64,000 nt of DNA from a virus. Its lineage: Duplodnaviria > Caudoviricetes. Below, piece after piece: positions 63,531 to 64,000 of this stretch. Positions within the stretch are counted from its first letter, which is position 1. Every line of letters starts with the position of its first letter. The stretch lies in the IMG/VR virus record IMGVR_UViG_3300008262_000013. The stretch is one strand, 5' to 3'. The translations under genes and the position numbers were made by a program. Below the pieces are notes generated by a model. The model did no database searches, was not told the origin of the DNA, and saw nothing but the letters and a program-made list of their open reading frames with translations.

Positions 63531-63728
63531 ATGAATTCTATGGAATTTCTAAAGCGTGCAGAGAGGTATGCAGAAGCCCGTGGTGATCAGTATTTCTTCA
63601 AGCAGTACTATACTACATATCGTGAGTGGTACAATGTGGAGGATTCTGTGTGGTGTGCATTGTCTTGGTTATATGATGAAGATTCTGCGGATTTACTGAA
63701 GTATCAATATTGGGGACCTGCACTATGA
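63531..63728 (+). CDS. Hypothetical protein
   Basis: AGGAG upstream. Confidence 0.55.
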   Translation: MNSMEFLKRAERYAEARGDQYFFKQYYTTYREWYNVEDSVWCALSWLYDEDSADLLKYQYWGPAL

Positions 63729-63940
63729 GTATCAGTACCTATACGAGAAAAGCGAAGTATATTGACCTGAAGGATTACTGTCCTTTCTCTGAGAAAAACG
63801 ATTTTGTTGAATTGACTGAGTGGCATAATGGAGAAGGTTTTGATGTTACTGTATCAGGTAAGTTTGATACGAAATTCTCTTTAACCTGGGGTCAATGGGA
63901 GTCTCTGCAAGTCTTAGTAAATTATAAGGAATCAAAGTAA
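63725..63940 (+). CDS. Hypothetical protein
   Basis: ELTEWHNGEGFDV..F.LTWG pattern. Confidence 0.55.
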   Translation: MSISTYTRKAKYIDLKDYCPFSEKNDFVELTEWHNGEGFDVTVSGKFDTKFSLTWGQWESLQVLVNYKESK

Positions 63941-64000
63941 ATGCCAGTCATACTTAAACAAGAACCGGAAGTCGCTGAAACCTTAGATAAGAATGAGGTG
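63941..64000 (+). CDS. 3'-truncated ORF
   Basis: ATG immediately after the previous stop; open to the window end. Confidence 0.35.
   Translation, partial: MPVILKQEPEVAETLDKNEV

Overview
A 64-kb, AT-rich slice of a large T4-like (myovirus) phage genome. The evidence is a gp61-type primase, thyX, nrdA/nrdB/thioredoxin, phoH and TATAAATA-type late promoters. The host is probably a proteobacterium, judging by the host-like IscU, IscA, PstS, phosphate porin and Pal. No tRNA, CRISPR array, integrase or reverse transcriptase was seen. Layout: (i) 1-19.4 kb holds putative head-packaged enzymes and modular proteins, interrupted by iscU and a sugar-modification cluster; (ii) 19.4-21.9 kb is a spanin/GH19 lysis block with extra envelope genes; (iii) 21.9-27.9 kb holds IPT/LamG fibre genes; (iv) 28.8-39.3 kb covers replication, nucleotide and phosphate metabolism, including a Pho-box-preceded pstS-porin operon; (v) 39.2-48.5 kb is a minus-strand late tail-fibre module; (vi) 48.5-64 kb is a field of small early genes driven by a family of sigma70-like promoters. 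The most striking observation is a set of ORFs with T4 internal-protein-like N-termini (MK.F.E/D.L.E) and recurring Glu-rich EE(V/M)E..E linkers. I infer these are capsid-packaged polyproteins cut by the prohead protease into cargo modules, which include an orphan HicA RNase, an HxGH nucleotidyltransferase and a P-loop kinase; a ligase-like enzyme shares the same N-terminus. All family assignments are from motif recognition only; no database searches were run.
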